Origin: an uncultured Muribaculum sp.
GTDB taxonomy: Bacteria > Bacteroidota > Bacteroidia > Bacteroidales > Muribaculaceae
Direction: 5' to 3'
DNA length: 64,000 bases
Assembly: GCA_910578785.1 (NCBI GenBank)
Contig: CAJTSJ010000011.1
Location: 9,248-73,247 of the forward strand
Positions 1-10,853 of the stretch are shown here, in pieces. The notes beneath the pieces were generated by a model. It was not told where the DNA came from. It searched no databases and was given only the letters and a program-made list of their open reading frames with translations. Position 1 is the first letter of the stretch; each line of letters begins with the position of its first letter. A program made the translations under genes and the position numbers.

Positions 1-108
1 TGCCACTGTAAGCATGTTGTACTGCTCCGGCTCCGAGCCGCACGTCACCAGCACGGCAGGCAGAGGATAGACCATGGTTCCGGGTCTCCAGCTCTGTTTC
101 TTACCCAT
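1..108 (-). CDS. Flavin reductase (flavoredoxin-like) family protein, 5' part; runs off the window edge
   Basis: Hand translation from ATG at 108: MGKKQSWRPGTMVYPLPAVLVTCGSEPEQYNMLTVA, the P-x-P-x-V-LVT...N-x-L-T-V-A start of this family; directly downstream of pyrI. Confidence 0.8.
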   Translation of the reverse strand, partial: MGKKQSWRPGTMVYPLPAVLVTCGSEPEQYNMLTVA

Positions 109-121
109 CGGCAGTGTACGA

Positions 122-583
122 TTACTTTATCTGAGCGTTTTTAGCACTGACAGTATGTCCGCAATAGTGGCATCTGAGCACATGGCGTTCCTCGTCTATG
201 AGCTCAAAGCGAGTACGCATCGGCTCATTGTTGGTGATGCACTTCGGATTGTCGCACTTCACTATGCCGACAATGCTCTTCGGTATGGACACCGGAAATT
301 TTTCCACCACCTCGAAGTCGCGGATGATATTTATTTTGGCGGTAGGCGCAATCAAAGCTATACGGTTGAGCACATCCTCGGGGAAGAATGTGTCGGCTAC
401 CTTGATGATGCCCTTTGTGCCGAGTATCTTACTGTCAAGATTGTTTCCTATGGTCACGTGCTTGTCAAGCTTCTCTATACCAAGAATCTTTACAGCCTGA
501 AACAAGGCCGACGACGGTATACGGTCTATGACGGTGCCGTTCCGTAGAGCGGCCACAGCCAGTTCTTTTTTCTTTTCAGTCAT
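122..583 (-). CDS. pyrI: Aspartate carbamoyltransferase regulatory subunit
   Basis: GTVIDRI, LGTKGIIK, Zn ligands CDNPKCITN and CHYC; follows pyrB. Confidence 0.97.
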   Translation of the reverse strand: MTEKKKELAVAALRNGTVIDRIPSSALFQAVKILGIEKLDKHVTIGNNLDSKILGTKGIIKVADTFFPEDVLNRIALIAPTAKINIIRDFEVVEKFPVSIPKSIVGIVKCDNPKCITNNEPMRTRFELIDEERHVLRCHYCGHTVSAKNAQIK

Positions 584-605
584 AGTTAAGTCTCTTTTGA
601 ATCAG

Positions 606-1535
606 TTAATCAACCATTTCCGGTATGTCTATGCCAAGCGCACGGCAGATGATGGCCTGACGTGCATAAAGACCGTTCTGGGCCTGCTGGAAATAATATG
701 CTTTGGGGCTGTCGTCGACATCATATGCAATTTCGTTTACACGAGGCAGTGGATGCAGCACACGCAGATTGTCGCGTGAGCCTTCAAGCATGGAAGCATT
801 CAGCGTATAGAGATTCTTGACCTTCTCATACTCCATGATGTCGGTAAAGCGCTCGCGCTGTACGCGGGTCATATACAATATGTCTGTGCTGTTTATAACC
901 TCGGGGGTGAAGTCGGTATATTCGTTATAGCGTATGCCATGCTCGTCGCAGAACTGCTTGTATTCGACAGGCATCTGAAGCTCCTTGCAAGCAACGAAGT
1001 TAAAAGTCGGATTGAAATATTGCAGGGCCATCAACAGCGAGTGAACAGTCCGCCCGTACTTAAGGTCGCCGACCATCGTGATGGTAAGATTCTCAAGCGT
1101 GCCCTGAGTCTTATATATCGAATAGAGATCAAGCATAGTCTGCGACGGATGCTGGTTGGCTCCGTCACCGGCATTGATTACGGGAACATCGGTAACTTCG
1201 GTGGCATATCGTGCGGCACCCTCAAGATAGTGGCGCATAATTATCAGGTCCACATAGTTGCTTACCATCTTGATGGTGTCCTTAAGCGTCTCGCCTTTGG
1301 ACGAACTCGTCGTGCTGGCATCGGAGAAACCGATTACGCGACCGCCGAGACGGTTGACCGCAGTTTCAAAACTCAGACGTGTACGTGTGGAAGGTTCAAA
1401 GAACAAGGTTGCGGCCACTCGGCCCTCAAGGATTCTGTGGTTGGGATTGGCTTCGAAATAGCGCGCCTGGCGGAGCAATCGAAGTATCTCCTCCTTACTG
1501 ATGTCAGAAATAGACACAAGACTGTTGTTGTTCAT
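606..1535 (-). CDS. pyrB: Aspartate carbamoyltransferase catalytic subunit
   Basis: [39 protein letters not shown] motifs. Confidence 0.98.
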   Translation of the reverse strand: MNNNSLVSISDISKEEILRLLRQARYFEANPNHRILEGRVAATLFFEPSTRTRLSFETAVNRLGGRVIGFSDASTTSSSKGETLKDTIKMVSNYVDLIIMRHYLEGAARYATEVTDVPVINAGDGANQHPSQTMLDLYSIYKTQGTLENLTITMVGDLKYGRTVHSLLMALQYFNPTFNFVACKELQMPVEYKQFCDEHGIRYNEYTDFTPEVINSTDILYMTRVQRERFTDIMEYEKVKNLYTLNASMLEGSRDNLRVLHPLPRVNEIAYDVDDSPKAYYFQQAQNGLYARQAIICRALGIDIPEMVD

Positions 1536-1558
1536 TGCTCAGTGATTTATTATGAATG

Positions 1559-1566
1559 CAAAATTA
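1559..1566 (-). promoter_or_regulatory. Bacteroidota sigma-A -7 promoter element (TAATTTTG) for pyrBI
   Basis: Matches TAnnTTTG about 25 nt upstream of the pyrB ATG. Confidence 0.6.
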
Positions 1567-1710
1567 ATGCATCGTCGTCTCTTTCACAAAAAATAAGCGC
1601 AATAAAAACTCAATAAAAACTCAGATTATATACGATTTCTCAGAACAGAGATACAACGGCAACGGCAACATTCCACAAAATACGCCGAAACAGCATCTTC
1701 AGCCCGATCA

Positions 1711-1865
1711 AGAGCCCGTTCCCAAATTTTTGTAAACGCTTAGGCCGCATATCTCGAGGTGATTTTTGTCTTGTGACAAGGAGCGTAACAGTAGATACAT
1801 GACGGAGGAACAAGACAAAAAGCTACCGGGAGATGCGAGGCGAAGGCAACTTTGTCGGTTAACGA
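1711..1865. repeat. Imperfect long palindrome, MITE-like remnant
   Basis: TTTTTGTCTTGT (1763-1774) is the reverse complement of ACAAGACAAAAA (1810-1821); outer arms CGCAT/ATGCG; left end GAGCCCGTTCCCAAATT resembles an IS terminal repeat. Confidence 0.45.
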
Positions 1866-2034
1866 GAAAATAACCGGAGACATTCACAGTTAAAGTGGAA
1901 TAACTATTTTTAATAAAAATACCGGATTTTCTTGCACCATAAGTACAAATAACATATATTTGCAAAAATACCATCCTTATTTAACCATATAAAGATAAAC
2001 TAATAATTTTTCACCAATAAATCTTCGTACCTGT

Positions 2035-2979
2035 ATGTCTATTTCTTTTTCCACAAAATCGTCATCAGCATTTTTTGCAATAATAGCCATTATCCTGTCA
2101 AGTTGTGCACCGAAAGTCACAGTAAACACAATAAAAGATTACCCCAAACGAGTCGGAAACGACATGGTGACCGTATACAACATCGGCGACACAGTACCGC
2201 AGGAAGCCGAATACATCGGCAATGTAATGGTGACATCAGACCGCACCCACGCTGAAGACTGCCGATACGAAAAAGTTCTAAACAAAGCGGTGAAAGCGAC
2301 ATCGGAATACGGCGGAAACATTTTGGCCCTGACATCACATAAAGAGCCGGGGCAAGAGAATCCATGCCACGAAGTGTCCGGCAATATCATGTGGCTCGGC
2401 TCCCCGGCGACATCCGACACAAATTCCGAGCCCAAAGCGACCTTTTCCCTGCCTAAAAACACAGTTTACTTCAATGCCGGCCTTGGACATATAACCAGCG
2501 ATTTAAGGGTAGGAGACATCGAAACCAAAGCCGGGAACGACACTAAAAACGGTTTTGATTTCCAATTTGGATATGACTATATGTTTAACAAGTATGTAGG
2601 CATAGGGGCACTATATTCCGGGTTTAAATCATCGGCTAAAATTGAAGATGAGACCATGCACTTTATGCTGAACATGGTCGGAGGTCAAATACTTTTCAAA
2701 CAGCATCCGGGCAACGGAAGATTCGTATTTGAGGAGCGCATGGGCATCGGATATATGAATTATTTAGAATGGAACCGATACGGCAGCGCGGCAATAAACG
2801 GATTCGGAGCCATGATTCAGGTTGGAGCCGAATATCTATTCACCCCTCAAATCGGCATAGCCCTTAACGTAGGTTCAATCGTAGGGACATTCGACAAAAA
2901 CAGCATGCCTACTCCCGATGGAAGAGCACCAGGCATCGAGCGGTTTGTCTTAGGCCTTGGCTTCCGCTATCACTTTTAA
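2035..2979 (+). CDS. Lipoprotein with C-terminal outer-membrane beta-barrel domain
   Basis: Lipobox LSSC; C-terminal half has alternating amphipathic strands ending GLGFRYHF (terminal Phe). Confidence 0.7.
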   Translation: MSISFSTKSSSAFFAIIAIILSSCAPKVTVNTIKDYPKRVGNDMVTVYNIGDTVPQEAEYIGNVMVTSDRTHAEDCRYEKVLNKAVKATSEYGGNILALTSHKEPGQENPCHEVSGNIMWLGSPATSDTNSEPKATFSLPKNTVYFNAGLGHITSDLRVGDIETKAGNDTKNGFDFQFGYDYMFNKYVGIGALYSGFKSSAKIEDETMHFMLNMVGGQILFKQHPGNGRFVFEERMGIGYMNYLEWNRYGSAAINGFGAMIQVGAEYLFTPQIGIALNVGSIVGTFDKNSMPTPDGRAPGIERFVLGLGFRYHF

Positions 2980-2993
2980 TATGCATTAAAAAC

Positions 2994-3617
2994 ATGTATT
3001 TCCGAACGTTATCAGTTCTCATCACATTGCTATTCCCGACAGTCGGCATCGCAGAGCGGGTGTCGACAAGAAGCGATTCCATACGTTCGTCAATCGAGTA
3101 TCAGATAAGGCATTATCCGGCATCGCAATACTGCGACGTATACAAAAATTTCATGCAGGATTTCTACGGCCCCGGGCATATACTCAACGACACAGTGGCG
3201 GCTTCGCGCTACCTGCGGTCGGAGCTTGCAGAGACTTCTGAGTTCGGAGGACCTCTGTATGAGCCGACAGGATTCAACGGCAACTTTTACCGCGTCAACA
3301 TTTCGCTCATCAAAGACGGAACAGTTCCCTACCCCGTATTTTTCAGTGCATTCGTAGAAAGCGTACAGGGAATCACACCTCCGACTATAATTGAATGGCA
3401 AGGCATCTGGAATGAAGTCGACAAAGAAATCGAAGCCATGAACCTCAAGTTTGCGAACGACAGCTCAGACAGAGCGAAAATCATGCGACAGCTCAGACAA
3501 GGCAACTATGTTATACACCACAGCGATGCCTACAACCGAGCCGCCAACTTCCACTACAGAATCATCTCCAGAGATTTGTTCGAATCGCGCATCCGGCCGC
3601 TGATCGGAGGCAGATAG
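2994..3617 (+). CDS. Conserved hypothetical exported protein
   Basis: 207 aa ORF with signal peptide; DVYKNFMQDFYGPGH and HHSDAYN...YRII segments. Confidence 0.7.
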   Translation: MYFRTLSVLITLLFPTVGIAERVSTRSDSIRSSIEYQIRHYPASQYCDVYKNFMQDFYGPGHILNDTVAASRYLRSELAETSEFGGPLYEPTGFNGNFYRVNISLIKDGTVPYPVFFSAFVESVQGITPPTIIEWQGIWNEVDKEIEAMNLKFANDSSDRAKIMRQLRQGNYVIHHSDAYNRAANFHYRIISRDLFESRIRPLIGGR

Positions 3618-3625
3618 CCAGGACA

Positions 3626-4429
3626 CTATTGCCTTGCCCTCAATTCCCAGAACGCCACGGCAGAAGCCGCGGCCACGTTCAGCGAATCCACGCCATGGGC
3701 CATAGGTATGCGTGCCACATAGTCGGTAGACTCTATTACCGACCGGGCAAGCCCGTCACCTTCAGTTCCCATGACTATGGCCAAGCGCGGCTCAGCCACC
3801 AGACGCGCATCATCTATACTTACAGAATTGTCCGTCAATGCCATAGACACAGTGCGCATGCCCAATTTATTAAGATAATCCACCGGTTCTTTAAGCCATG
3901 TCCACGGCACAAGAAACACCGACCCCATCGACACCCTTACGGCACGTCGGTTAAGCGGATCGCAAGAAGTAGGAGTCAAGAGTACGGCATCTATTCCCAG
4001 CGCGGCCGCTGATCGGAATATGGCGCCTATGTTGGTGGTGTCGGTCACTCCGTCTATCACCACCACGCGCTTTGCATCACGGCATACAGTCTGAACGTCA
4101 GGCAACCGACGTCGCCTCATGGCGCACAGAACTCCGCGTGTAAGGGTATATCCGGTAAGCGAAGCAAGCAATTCTCTCTGACCGGTGTAGACAGGTATGT
4201 CGCCACAGCGCGCCAGCACATCCTTGGCATCGCCGTCCAGATGACGCTTCTCACAAAGAATCGACACCGGCTCATATCCGGCATCAAGCGCCACATGAAT
4301 CACCTTGGGACTTTCAGCTATGAATATCCCTTTTTCAGGATCAAGCCTGTTGCGCAACTGAGCTTCCGTAAGCGACACGAACACATCAAGCCCCGGATGC
4401 GACAACGAAGATATCTCGACTACAGCCAT
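3626..4429 (-). CDS. TrmH/SpoU family RNA methyltransferase
   Basis: NIGAIFRSAAALG, MGTEGDGL, IPMAHGVDSLNVAAA SPOUT motifs. Confidence 0.93.
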   Translation of the reverse strand: MAVVEISSLSHPGLDVFVSLTEAQLRNRLDPEKGIFIAESPKVIHVALDAGYEPVSILCEKRHLDGDAKDVLARCGDIPVYTGQRELLASLTGYTLTRGVLCAMRRRRLPDVQTVCRDAKRVVVIDGVTDTTNIGAIFRSAAALGIDAVLLTPTSCDPLNRRAVRVSMGSVFLVPWTWLKEPVDYLNKLGMRTVSMALTDNSVSIDDARLVAEPRLAIVMGTEGDGLARSVIESTDYVARIPMAHGVDSLNVAAASAVAFWELRARQ

Positions 4430-4485
4430 ACCTTATTTCTAATTTGTTTTACCGCAAATATACACATTTTTCAGCGAAAAGCATT

Positions 4486-5112
4486 TTATAGCCCGGCAAA
4501 CAGACTGACGAGCAACGGCACGCACACCTCGAGCACCACACCGTGCATCAACGCTATCGGCATCATCTCCTGACCTGTACAGCGCACAATCATGGGCATT
4601 GTCACATCCATTGAGGTCACTCCGGCGGCAGAAACAGGCGCATAGCGACCGAATACTTTGGCAAACCAAGGACCGCAGACAAGTGCCGTCATCTCACGTA
4701 TGATGTTAACCAACAGGGCCAGCATACCGAGCTGTGTCGCGGCCTGCAAACCTATCGTCTCGCTCTTGATGTCAATTATCAGCACCGACGAAAGCGAATA
4801 ATATCCCAATCCGCTTCCAAGCGCAAGATAATCCATCGGACTCCATCCGCCAATCAACAATCCGGCCAGAACAGTAAAAAGCAGAGTACCGACGATAGTC
4901 CCAAACGGCAACAGCAATGTACGGAACGAGATATTGGACATAATCTTTCGGATGTTCCCTCCATAGCCCAGACTCAGCCCGATCTGAATGACCAGAGCAT
5001 ACAGAAGCCATTCGGAAAGTTCCGCAGGAATAAAGGATTCAGGAATCAGACCGGACATTCCGATAAATATCCCGATTGCAAAAACAGCTAAAACTATCAG
5101 ACTTCCTTTCAT
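4486..5112 (-). CDS. LysO/DUF340 family exporter, large subunit
   Basis: Polytopic membrane protein; GLGYYSLSS, NIIREM, GVTSMDVTMP. Confidence 0.85.
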   Translation of the reverse strand: MKGSLIVLAVFAIGIFIGMSGLIPESFIPAELSEWLLYALVIQIGLSLGYGGNIRKIMSNISFRTLLLPFGTIVGTLLFTVLAGLLIGGWSPMDYLALGSGLGYYSLSSVLIIDIKSETIGLQAATQLGMLALLVNIIREMTALVCGPWFAKVFGRYAPVSAAGVTSMDVTMPMIVRCTGQEMMPIALMHGVVLEVCVPLLVSLFAGL

Positions 5113-5381
5113 TTCCCTCGACTTTTATCGATATAATTACCAATGCCCCATGCCACCAGGACACTTCCGGCCACACCGGCAAACGCCACAATCAAAGCCG
5201 TCAGGCCAAACCCGGCAAAATCATTTACTATCTCGTCATTCGACCCCAATGAAATGCCGAACACAAAAATAAGCATCCACACTGTCCACGTTGAGGTTCG
5301 CTCAATGCGGCGCAATCCACGGAATCTGCGCAACATGATTCCGATGCATATGCTTACAATAAGTAGAAATAAGACAACCAT
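5109..5381 (-). CDS. LysO/DUF340 family exporter, small subunit
   Basis: 90 aa hydrophobic ORF, LIFVFGISLGSN; ATGA overlap with the downstream gene. Confidence 0.8.
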   Translation of the reverse strand: MVVLFLLIVSICIGIMLRRFRGLRRIERTSTWTVWMLIFVFGISLGSNDEIVNDFAGFGLTALIVAFAGVAGSVLVAWGIGNYIDKSRGK

Positions 5382-5683
5382 ATTGAAACTATATTTAGCA
5401 TAAATAAAGCAGTCAGCTCAGATACGGCATTTCAGAAAGAATGCATACAACCGGCATATAGCATCACTGCAAAACGGCATATTCAGCCAATATGCTTCCC
5501 AGATGCAAAATTACGAAAATTTTTACGGCAGGACACACCCGTATAGTAAAGTTTAACCATCCTACGTACCCCGATGTTCCGCTAAACAGTTTTTACTACC
5601 GACGGCAGAAAATATGCCTTGCTGTTGACCGTTATTTTGCGGGAAAGTAGTAAATTTGGAATTATTTTTCACAAGTTACTGCT

Positions 5684-7057
5684 ATGTTTGCAAAAGACAC
5701 TTACGTTAACCGGCGCAAAGCGCTGAAAGAAAAGGTTGGAAGCGGACTTCTGCTGTTTTTAGGAAACGACGAGTCAGGCGCCAACTATGAGGACAATACA
5801 TATCCATATCGACAGGACTCAACATTTCTCTACTATTTCGGACTCCCCTACGCGGGTCTGAACGCCATAATCGACATCGACAACGACCGTGAGATTATAT
5901 TTGGCGACGAACTCTCAATAGACCACATCGTCTGGATGGGCAATCAGCCTACCCTTCATGAAAAGGCACAGAAAAACGGCATCGAGACAACTCTCCCTTC
6001 CAAAGAGCTCAAAACATATCTTGAAAAGGCTTCTAAAGCAGGACAAAAAATCCACACTCTGCCCACATACCGTCCCGAGCACCAAATGAAGTTGTGGAAC
6101 CTGCTTGACATCAAACCGGGCAACGACACCCCGTCAGTAGAATTCATCCGCGCTGTCGTCGACATGCGCAACCACAAGACCGAAGAGGAAATCGAGGAAA
6201 TCGAACGCGCCTGCAACGTGACCGCCGACATGCATACCACCGCCATGCGTGTGCTGCGTCCGGGCATGCACGAATATGAGGTTGTAGCCGCGCTCGAAGC
6301 CGTGGCCGCAGCCAACGGATGCTCTCTGTCGTTCCCGACCATAGCCACAATCAACGGCCAGACACTCCACAACCACTACCACGGCAACATCGTAAAGCCC
6401 GGCGACATGCTTCTTGTAGATGCAGGAGCAGAGACAGCCATGGGATATGCCGGCGACATGTCGTCGACCATCTGCGCCGACAAGACTTTCACTCCCCGAC
6501 AGAAAACAATCTACGACATACAGGTGGCTTCGCACCTCGCCGCTGTCGACGCACTGCGTCCGGGAGTTCCGTTCGTTGACGTATACGAGCTTTCGGCGAC
6601 AGTAATCTGCCAGGGGCTTAAAGATCTCGGCATAATGAAAGGCGACCCTCGCGAAGCCGTCGCCGCCGGAGCACATGCCATGTTCTTCCCCTGCGGTCTC
6701 GGCCACATGATGGGTCTTGACGTTCACGACATGGAGAATCTCGGAGAGGTATGGGTAGGATACGACGGAAAGCCCAAGAGCACCCAGTTCGGACGTAAGT
6801 CGCTTCGCCTGGCACGTCCGCTCGAACCGGGATTCGTCCTCACTATCGAACCGGGAGTGTACTTCATCCCCGAACTTATAGACTATTGGAAGGGTGAAGG
6901 CCGGTTTAAAGAATTCATCAACTACGACGAACTCGAGAAGTGGCGCGGATTCGGAGGCATACGCAACGAAGAAGACTACCTCATCACCGCCGACGGAGCG
7001 CGTCGTCTCGGGAAGAAGATACCATTGACAACCGAAGAAGTCGAAGCTCTGCGATGA
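5684..7057 (+). CDS. pepP: Xaa-Pro aminopeptidase (M24B)
   Basis: YRQDSTFLYYFG, DAGAE..GYAGD, GLGHMMGLDVHD, TIEPG, GGIRNEED. Confidence 0.93.
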   Translation: MFAKDTYVNRRKALKEKVGSGLLLFLGNDESGANYEDNTYPYRQDSTFLYYFGLPYAGLNAIIDIDNDREIIFGDELSIDHIVWMGNQPTLHEKAQKNGIETTLPSKELKTYLEKASKAGQKIHTLPTYRPEHQMKLWNLLDIKPGNDTPSVEFIRAVVDMRNHKTEEEIEEIERACNVTADMHTTAMRVLRPGMHEYEVVAALEAVAAANGCSLSFPTIATINGQTLHNHYHGNIVKPGDMLLVDAGAETAMGYAGDMSSTICADKTFTPRQKTIYDIQVASHLAAVDALRPGVPFVDVYELSATVICQGLKDLGIMKGDPREAVAAGAHAMFFPCGLGHMMGLDVHDMENLGEVWVGYDGKPKSTQFGRKSLRLARPLEPGFVLTIEPGVYFIPELIDYWKGEGRFKEFINYDELEKWRGFGGIRNEEDYLITADGARRLGKKIPLTTEEVEALR

Positions 7058-7968
7058 ACTCACCTACCAAATCAATTGTGCTCGCATCCGTAGCGGTGCT
7101 GAGCTGGTCAACCGTGGCCACCGCATTTAAGGTGGCGCTCAGCTACCTGTCGGTGTTTGAAACGCTCTTCATAGCATGCGCCACCGCCCTGGTGATTTTC
7201 ACCATACTCATGACTGTGGAAAAGTCATGGGGAATGCTCAAGAAGCTGTCGCCATCGACATGGTGCCTTACGGCGGTAATGGGACTCCTGAATCCGGTAA
7301 CGTATTATCTCGTGCTTTTCGAGTCATACGACCATCTGCCCGCACAGGTAGCCCAGCCTATCAACTATTTCTGGCCGATAGCCCTTCTGATTCTGCTCGC
7401 CATATTCAACCGCCAGCCGATTCCTAAAAAGAAGTATATCGGAATGGTGGTATCGCTCGCCGGACTTACCGCCATATCGCTCGGAGGCAAATCAATCACC
7501 GGAGGCATATCGGCCTACGGACTGGCTCTGGCATTCGGAAGCGCCATACTTTGGGCAGTATACTGGATGCTAAACGACCGAATCAAGCACAACCTGCCTG
7601 AAAGCGTCAGCCTGTTCCTTGGATTCATGTTCGGCATGATTTATATGTGCATCGGCGCATGCTTTGTACAGGTGAGCATACCTTCAGCTCCTGCACTCAT
7701 GGCCGGTATGTATGTAGGGGCATTTGAGATAGGCATTCCGTTCATTTGCTTCGGAATGGCCATCCGCACGACAGACAATCCGGCTCTTATCAACCAGATG
7801 TGCTACCTCGCGCCGTTCCTGTCGCTCTTCTTCATTTCGATGGTGCTCCATGAACCGATAATGCCCACTACGTTCATAGGTCTTGTGCTGATAATTGCGG
7901 GCATAGTCTATAACCAATATTTTGCAACACGGGTGAAACATTCGCCCATCAAATCAGAATCATTATGA
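7054..7968 (+). CDS. EamA/DMT family transporter
   Basis: About 10 TM helices, AQPINYFWP; start reassigned to ATG 7054, which overlaps the pepP stop (ATGA). Confidence 0.88.
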   Translation: MNSPTKSIVLASVAVLSWSTVATAFKVALSYLSVFETLFIACATALVIFTILMTVEKSWGMLKKLSPSTWCLTAVMGLLNPVTYYLVLFESYDHLPAQVAQPINYFWPIALLILLAIFNRQPIPKKKYIGMVVSLAGLTAISLGGKSITGGISAYGLALAFGSAILWAVYWMLNDRIKHNLPESVSLFLGFMFGMIYMCIGACFVQVSIPSAPALMAGMYVGAFEIGIPFICFGMAIRTTDNPALINQMCYLAPFLSLFFISMVLHEPIMPTTFIGLVLIIAGIVYNQYFATRVKHSPIKSESL

Positions 7969-8783
7969 GAGAATGGACCACAATAAAGGAGTATGAAGAC
8001 ATACTCTTCCAGCAGTATGGCGGTATAGCTAAAATCACCATAAACCGTCCTCAGGTATACAATGCATTCCGTCCAAAGACCAACTTCGAGATGCTCGACG
8101 CGATGAGCATCTGCCGTGAACGGCCAGACATAGGTGTAATCATACTTACCGGCACAGGCGACAAAGCGTTCTGCTCTGGAGGCGACCAGAAGGTTAAAGG
8201 CATCGGCGGATACATTGACGACAACGGAGTTCCGCGCCTAAACGTACTCGACCTGCACAAGGCCATCCGCTCCATACCTAAACCGGTCATAGCGATGGTC
8301 AACGGCTATGCCATAGGCGGCGGTCATGTACTCCACGTGGTATGCGACCTGACAATAGCCTCTGAAAATGCCAGATTCGGACAGACCGGCCCCAAGGTGG
8401 GAAGTTTCGACGCCGGATTCGGATCATCGTATCTGGCACGCTGTGTGGGTCAGAAGAAGGCACGCGAAATCTGGTTCCTCTGCCGTCAGTATACGGCCAA
8501 AGAAGCCGAAGAAATGGGTATGGTGAACAAGGTAGTACCGTTCGAACGTCTGGAAGACGAGACCGTAGAATGGTGCGAGACCATACTTAAGCGCAGTCCT
8601 ATGGCAATCCGCATGATCAAGCGTGCTCTTAACGCCGAACTCGACGGACAGCGCGGCATGATGGAGTTTGCAGGCGACGCGACATTGATGTATTACCTCA
8701 TGGCTGAAGCGCAGGAGGGCAAAAATGCATTCCTTGAGAAGCGAGACCCCGACTTCCAGCAGTTCCCCAAATTTCCCGGATAA
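7965..8783 (+). CDS. menB: 1,4-dihydroxy-2-naphthoyl-CoA synthase
   Basis: [43 protein letters not shown]. Confidence 0.97.
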   Translation: MREWTTIKEYEDILFQQYGGIAKITINRPQVYNAFRPKTNFEMLDAMSICRERPDIGVIILTGTGDKAFCSGGDQKVKGIGGYIDDNGVPRLNVLDLHKAIRSIPKPVIAMVNGYAIGGGHVLHVVCDLTIASENARFGQTGPKVGSFDAGFGSSYLARCVGQKKAREIWFLCRQYTAKEAEEMGMVNKVVPFERLEDETVEWCETILKRSPMAIRMIKRALNAELDGQRGMMEFAGDATLMYYLMAEAQEGKNAFLEKRDPDFQQFPKFPG

Positions 8784-8788
8784 TCCCG

Positions 8789-9862
8789 ATGATTAAAGCA
8801 GAATACTCACGCTATGTGCTGCACTTCAAGGAGCCGGCCATAACGTCGAGACAGACAATGACTGAGAAGGAGACATTTTTCATCACCCTGCGTGATGAAA
8901 AATGTCCCTCTTTGTTTGGCATAGGCGAAGCGGCCATATTCCGAGGACTAAGCGCCGACGACCGTCCAGACTACGAATCCGCATTGTCAGTTCTCTGCGA
9001 CGACATCAACAACGGCTCAGTAAACTTAGTCCGCGACAGCGACGGAGCGTATACCCTCAACGGATACCGCCACCTCTACAGCTCGATAATGTTCGGACTT
9101 GAAAGCGCCGTTGTAGACCTCAACATCCGCTCAGGACATTGTCCTCCGTCAATGGTCCCCTGGGAAAAAGGAGAGTCGGCAATAACCATAAACGGACTCG
9201 TATGGATGGGCAATTCCCAACAAATGCTTAAACGCATCGACGAAAAGCTATCGGCAGGGTTCAAATGTGTCAAATTAAAAATAGGAGGCATCGACTTCAA
9301 TGACGAGATGAGGTTACTGTCATATATACGTGAACGCTTTGATAAATCACGCCTGCTGCTCAGACTCGATGCGAACGGAGCCTTTACGCCCGACAATGCA
9401 TTGGAGCGACTGGATGCACTATCGCGCTACGACATACACTCCATCGAACAGCCGATACGCGCCGGACAGTGGGAGTCGATGGCCGCGATATGTGCCGACA
9501 GCCCCATTCCTATTGCTCTTGACGAAGAGCTAATCGGCAGCCATAATACAGACTTCAAGAGACTTATGCTCGACACTATCCGTCCGCAAATGATAATCTT
9601 GAAGCCTTCGCTGTGCGGAGGTCTGTCAGATGCCCGTGAATGGTGCGACGAAGCCGACAGACGCGGTATCGGATGGTGGTACACTTCGGCACTCGAATCA
9701 AACATCGGGCTTAATGCCATTGCACGCGAAGTCTCTTCGCTTGCCGTTGAAGGCCGTCCATGTGCGTCATGGCCCCAAGGGCTCGGCACAGGCAACCTGT
9801 ACACCAACAACATCCCCTATCCTCTGCACCTCGACTCCGACAGACTCACCCGTCTCCAATAA
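8789..9862 (+). CDS. menC: o-succinylbenzoate synthase
   Basis: Enolase-superfamily motifs KLKIG, LRLDANG, IEQP, IALDEEL, GLGTG; lies between menB and menE. Confidence 0.9.
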   Translation: MIKAEYSRYVLHFKEPAITSRQTMTEKETFFITLRDEKCPSLFGIGEAAIFRGLSADDRPDYESALSVLCDDINNGSVNLVRDSDGAYTLNGYRHLYSSIMFGLESAVVDLNIRSGHCPPSMVPWEKGESAITINGLVWMGNSQQMLKRIDEKLSAGFKCVKLKIGGIDFNDEMRLLSYIRERFDKSRLLLRLDANGAFTPDNALERLDALSRYDIHSIEQPIRAGQWESMAAICADSPIPIALDEELIGSHNTDFKRLMLDTIRPQMIILKPSLCGGLSDAREWCDEADRRGIGWWYTSALESNIGLNAIAREVSSLAVEGRPCASWPQGLGTGNLYTNNIPYPLHLDSDRLTRLQ

Positions 9863-9896
9863 CCGCGATTACGCAGCAACATAACAGCATTTACCT

Positions 9897-10841
9897 ATGA
9901 GAATTGTAGACCCCGAACGATTAGCGACAGCATTTCTCGACGAATGGCGCAACGACAAAGACTATGTCATAGCCCACACGTCAGGCTCGACAGGCACCCC
10001 AAAAGAGATTCACCTGCTGAAATCAGACATGCTCCTTTCGGCCAAGTCCACTTGTCGGATTTTCGGCATCACGGACAGGTCACGACTGGTGCTCCCGCTA
10101 TCGACGGACTACATAGCAGGAAAAATGATGGTGGTCCGCTCAATCGTGTCAGGGGCCGAGCTTATCGTGGAAAGACCTTCGTCACATCCATTGACTGAAA
10201 ATTACGGCAAAGTAGACCTGACCGCCATAGTTCCATCGCAAATCGACGGACTGCTCAAATCGCAAAGCGACATAAGGCAGGTCATCGTCGGAGGAGGGCA
10301 AATACCTGCCGACTCCGAACAAAGGCTTATTGACTCACTTATTGACGCCTACGCCACGTATGGCATGACCGAGACATGCAGTCATGTTGCACTTAGGAAA
10401 ATGTCGGAAGAGAGGTTCACAGCCATCGACGGCATAACATTCACTCTCGACCACCGCGGATGCCTGACAATCAATGCATCTGAGTTTTCGTTCAAGAAGC
10501 TTACGACCAACGACATCGCAATGCTTCACGATTCACGGCACTTCACATGGATAGGACGAGCCGACAACGTCATCAACTCCGGAGGGGTCAAGCTGCATCC
10601 CGAAATCATCGAACGCAGGCTTTCCGCCATAATCCCGTGCCCGTTCTACATAACCGGACGTCGGAGCGAACGCTGGGGAGAAGAAGCCGTGCTGTATGTG
10701 GAAAGCACCGACATCGACAAAAACATAATCATAGAAAAGGCACGCTCGGTACTCGACCGCTACAGCGTGCCCAAAGAGGTTATTTGTGTGCCGGAATTTC
10801 AGCGCACCTATTCCGGCAAGATAAAGCGCGTATTGCTCTGA
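9897..10841 (+). CDS. menE: o-succinylbenzoate-CoA ligase (short form)
   Basis: TSGSTGTPK, YGMTET, GRADNVINSGGVK adenylation motifs; men cluster context. Confidence 0.88.
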   Translation: MRIVDPERLATAFLDEWRNDKDYVIAHTSGSTGTPKEIHLLKSDMLLSAKSTCRIFGITDRSRLVLPLSTDYIAGKMMVVRSIVSGAELIVERPSSHPLTENYGKVDLTAIVPSQIDGLLKSQSDIRQVIVGGGQIPADSEQRLIDSLIDAYATYGMTETCSHVALRKMSEERFTAIDGITFTLDHRGCLTINASEFSFKKLTTNDIAMLHDSRHFTWIGRADNVINSGGVKLHPEIIERRLSAIIPCPFYITGRRSERWGEEAVLYVESTDIDKNIIIEKARSVLDRYSVPKEVICVPEFQRTYSGKIKRVLL

Positions 10842-10853
10842 CAGAACTCTGCC

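Noticed and set aside
1708..1974. 88-aa ORF upstream of pyrB as a leader peptide or gene
   Set aside because: No motifs; it runs through the palindromic element and promoter DNA, and pyrB has its own proximal -7 element.
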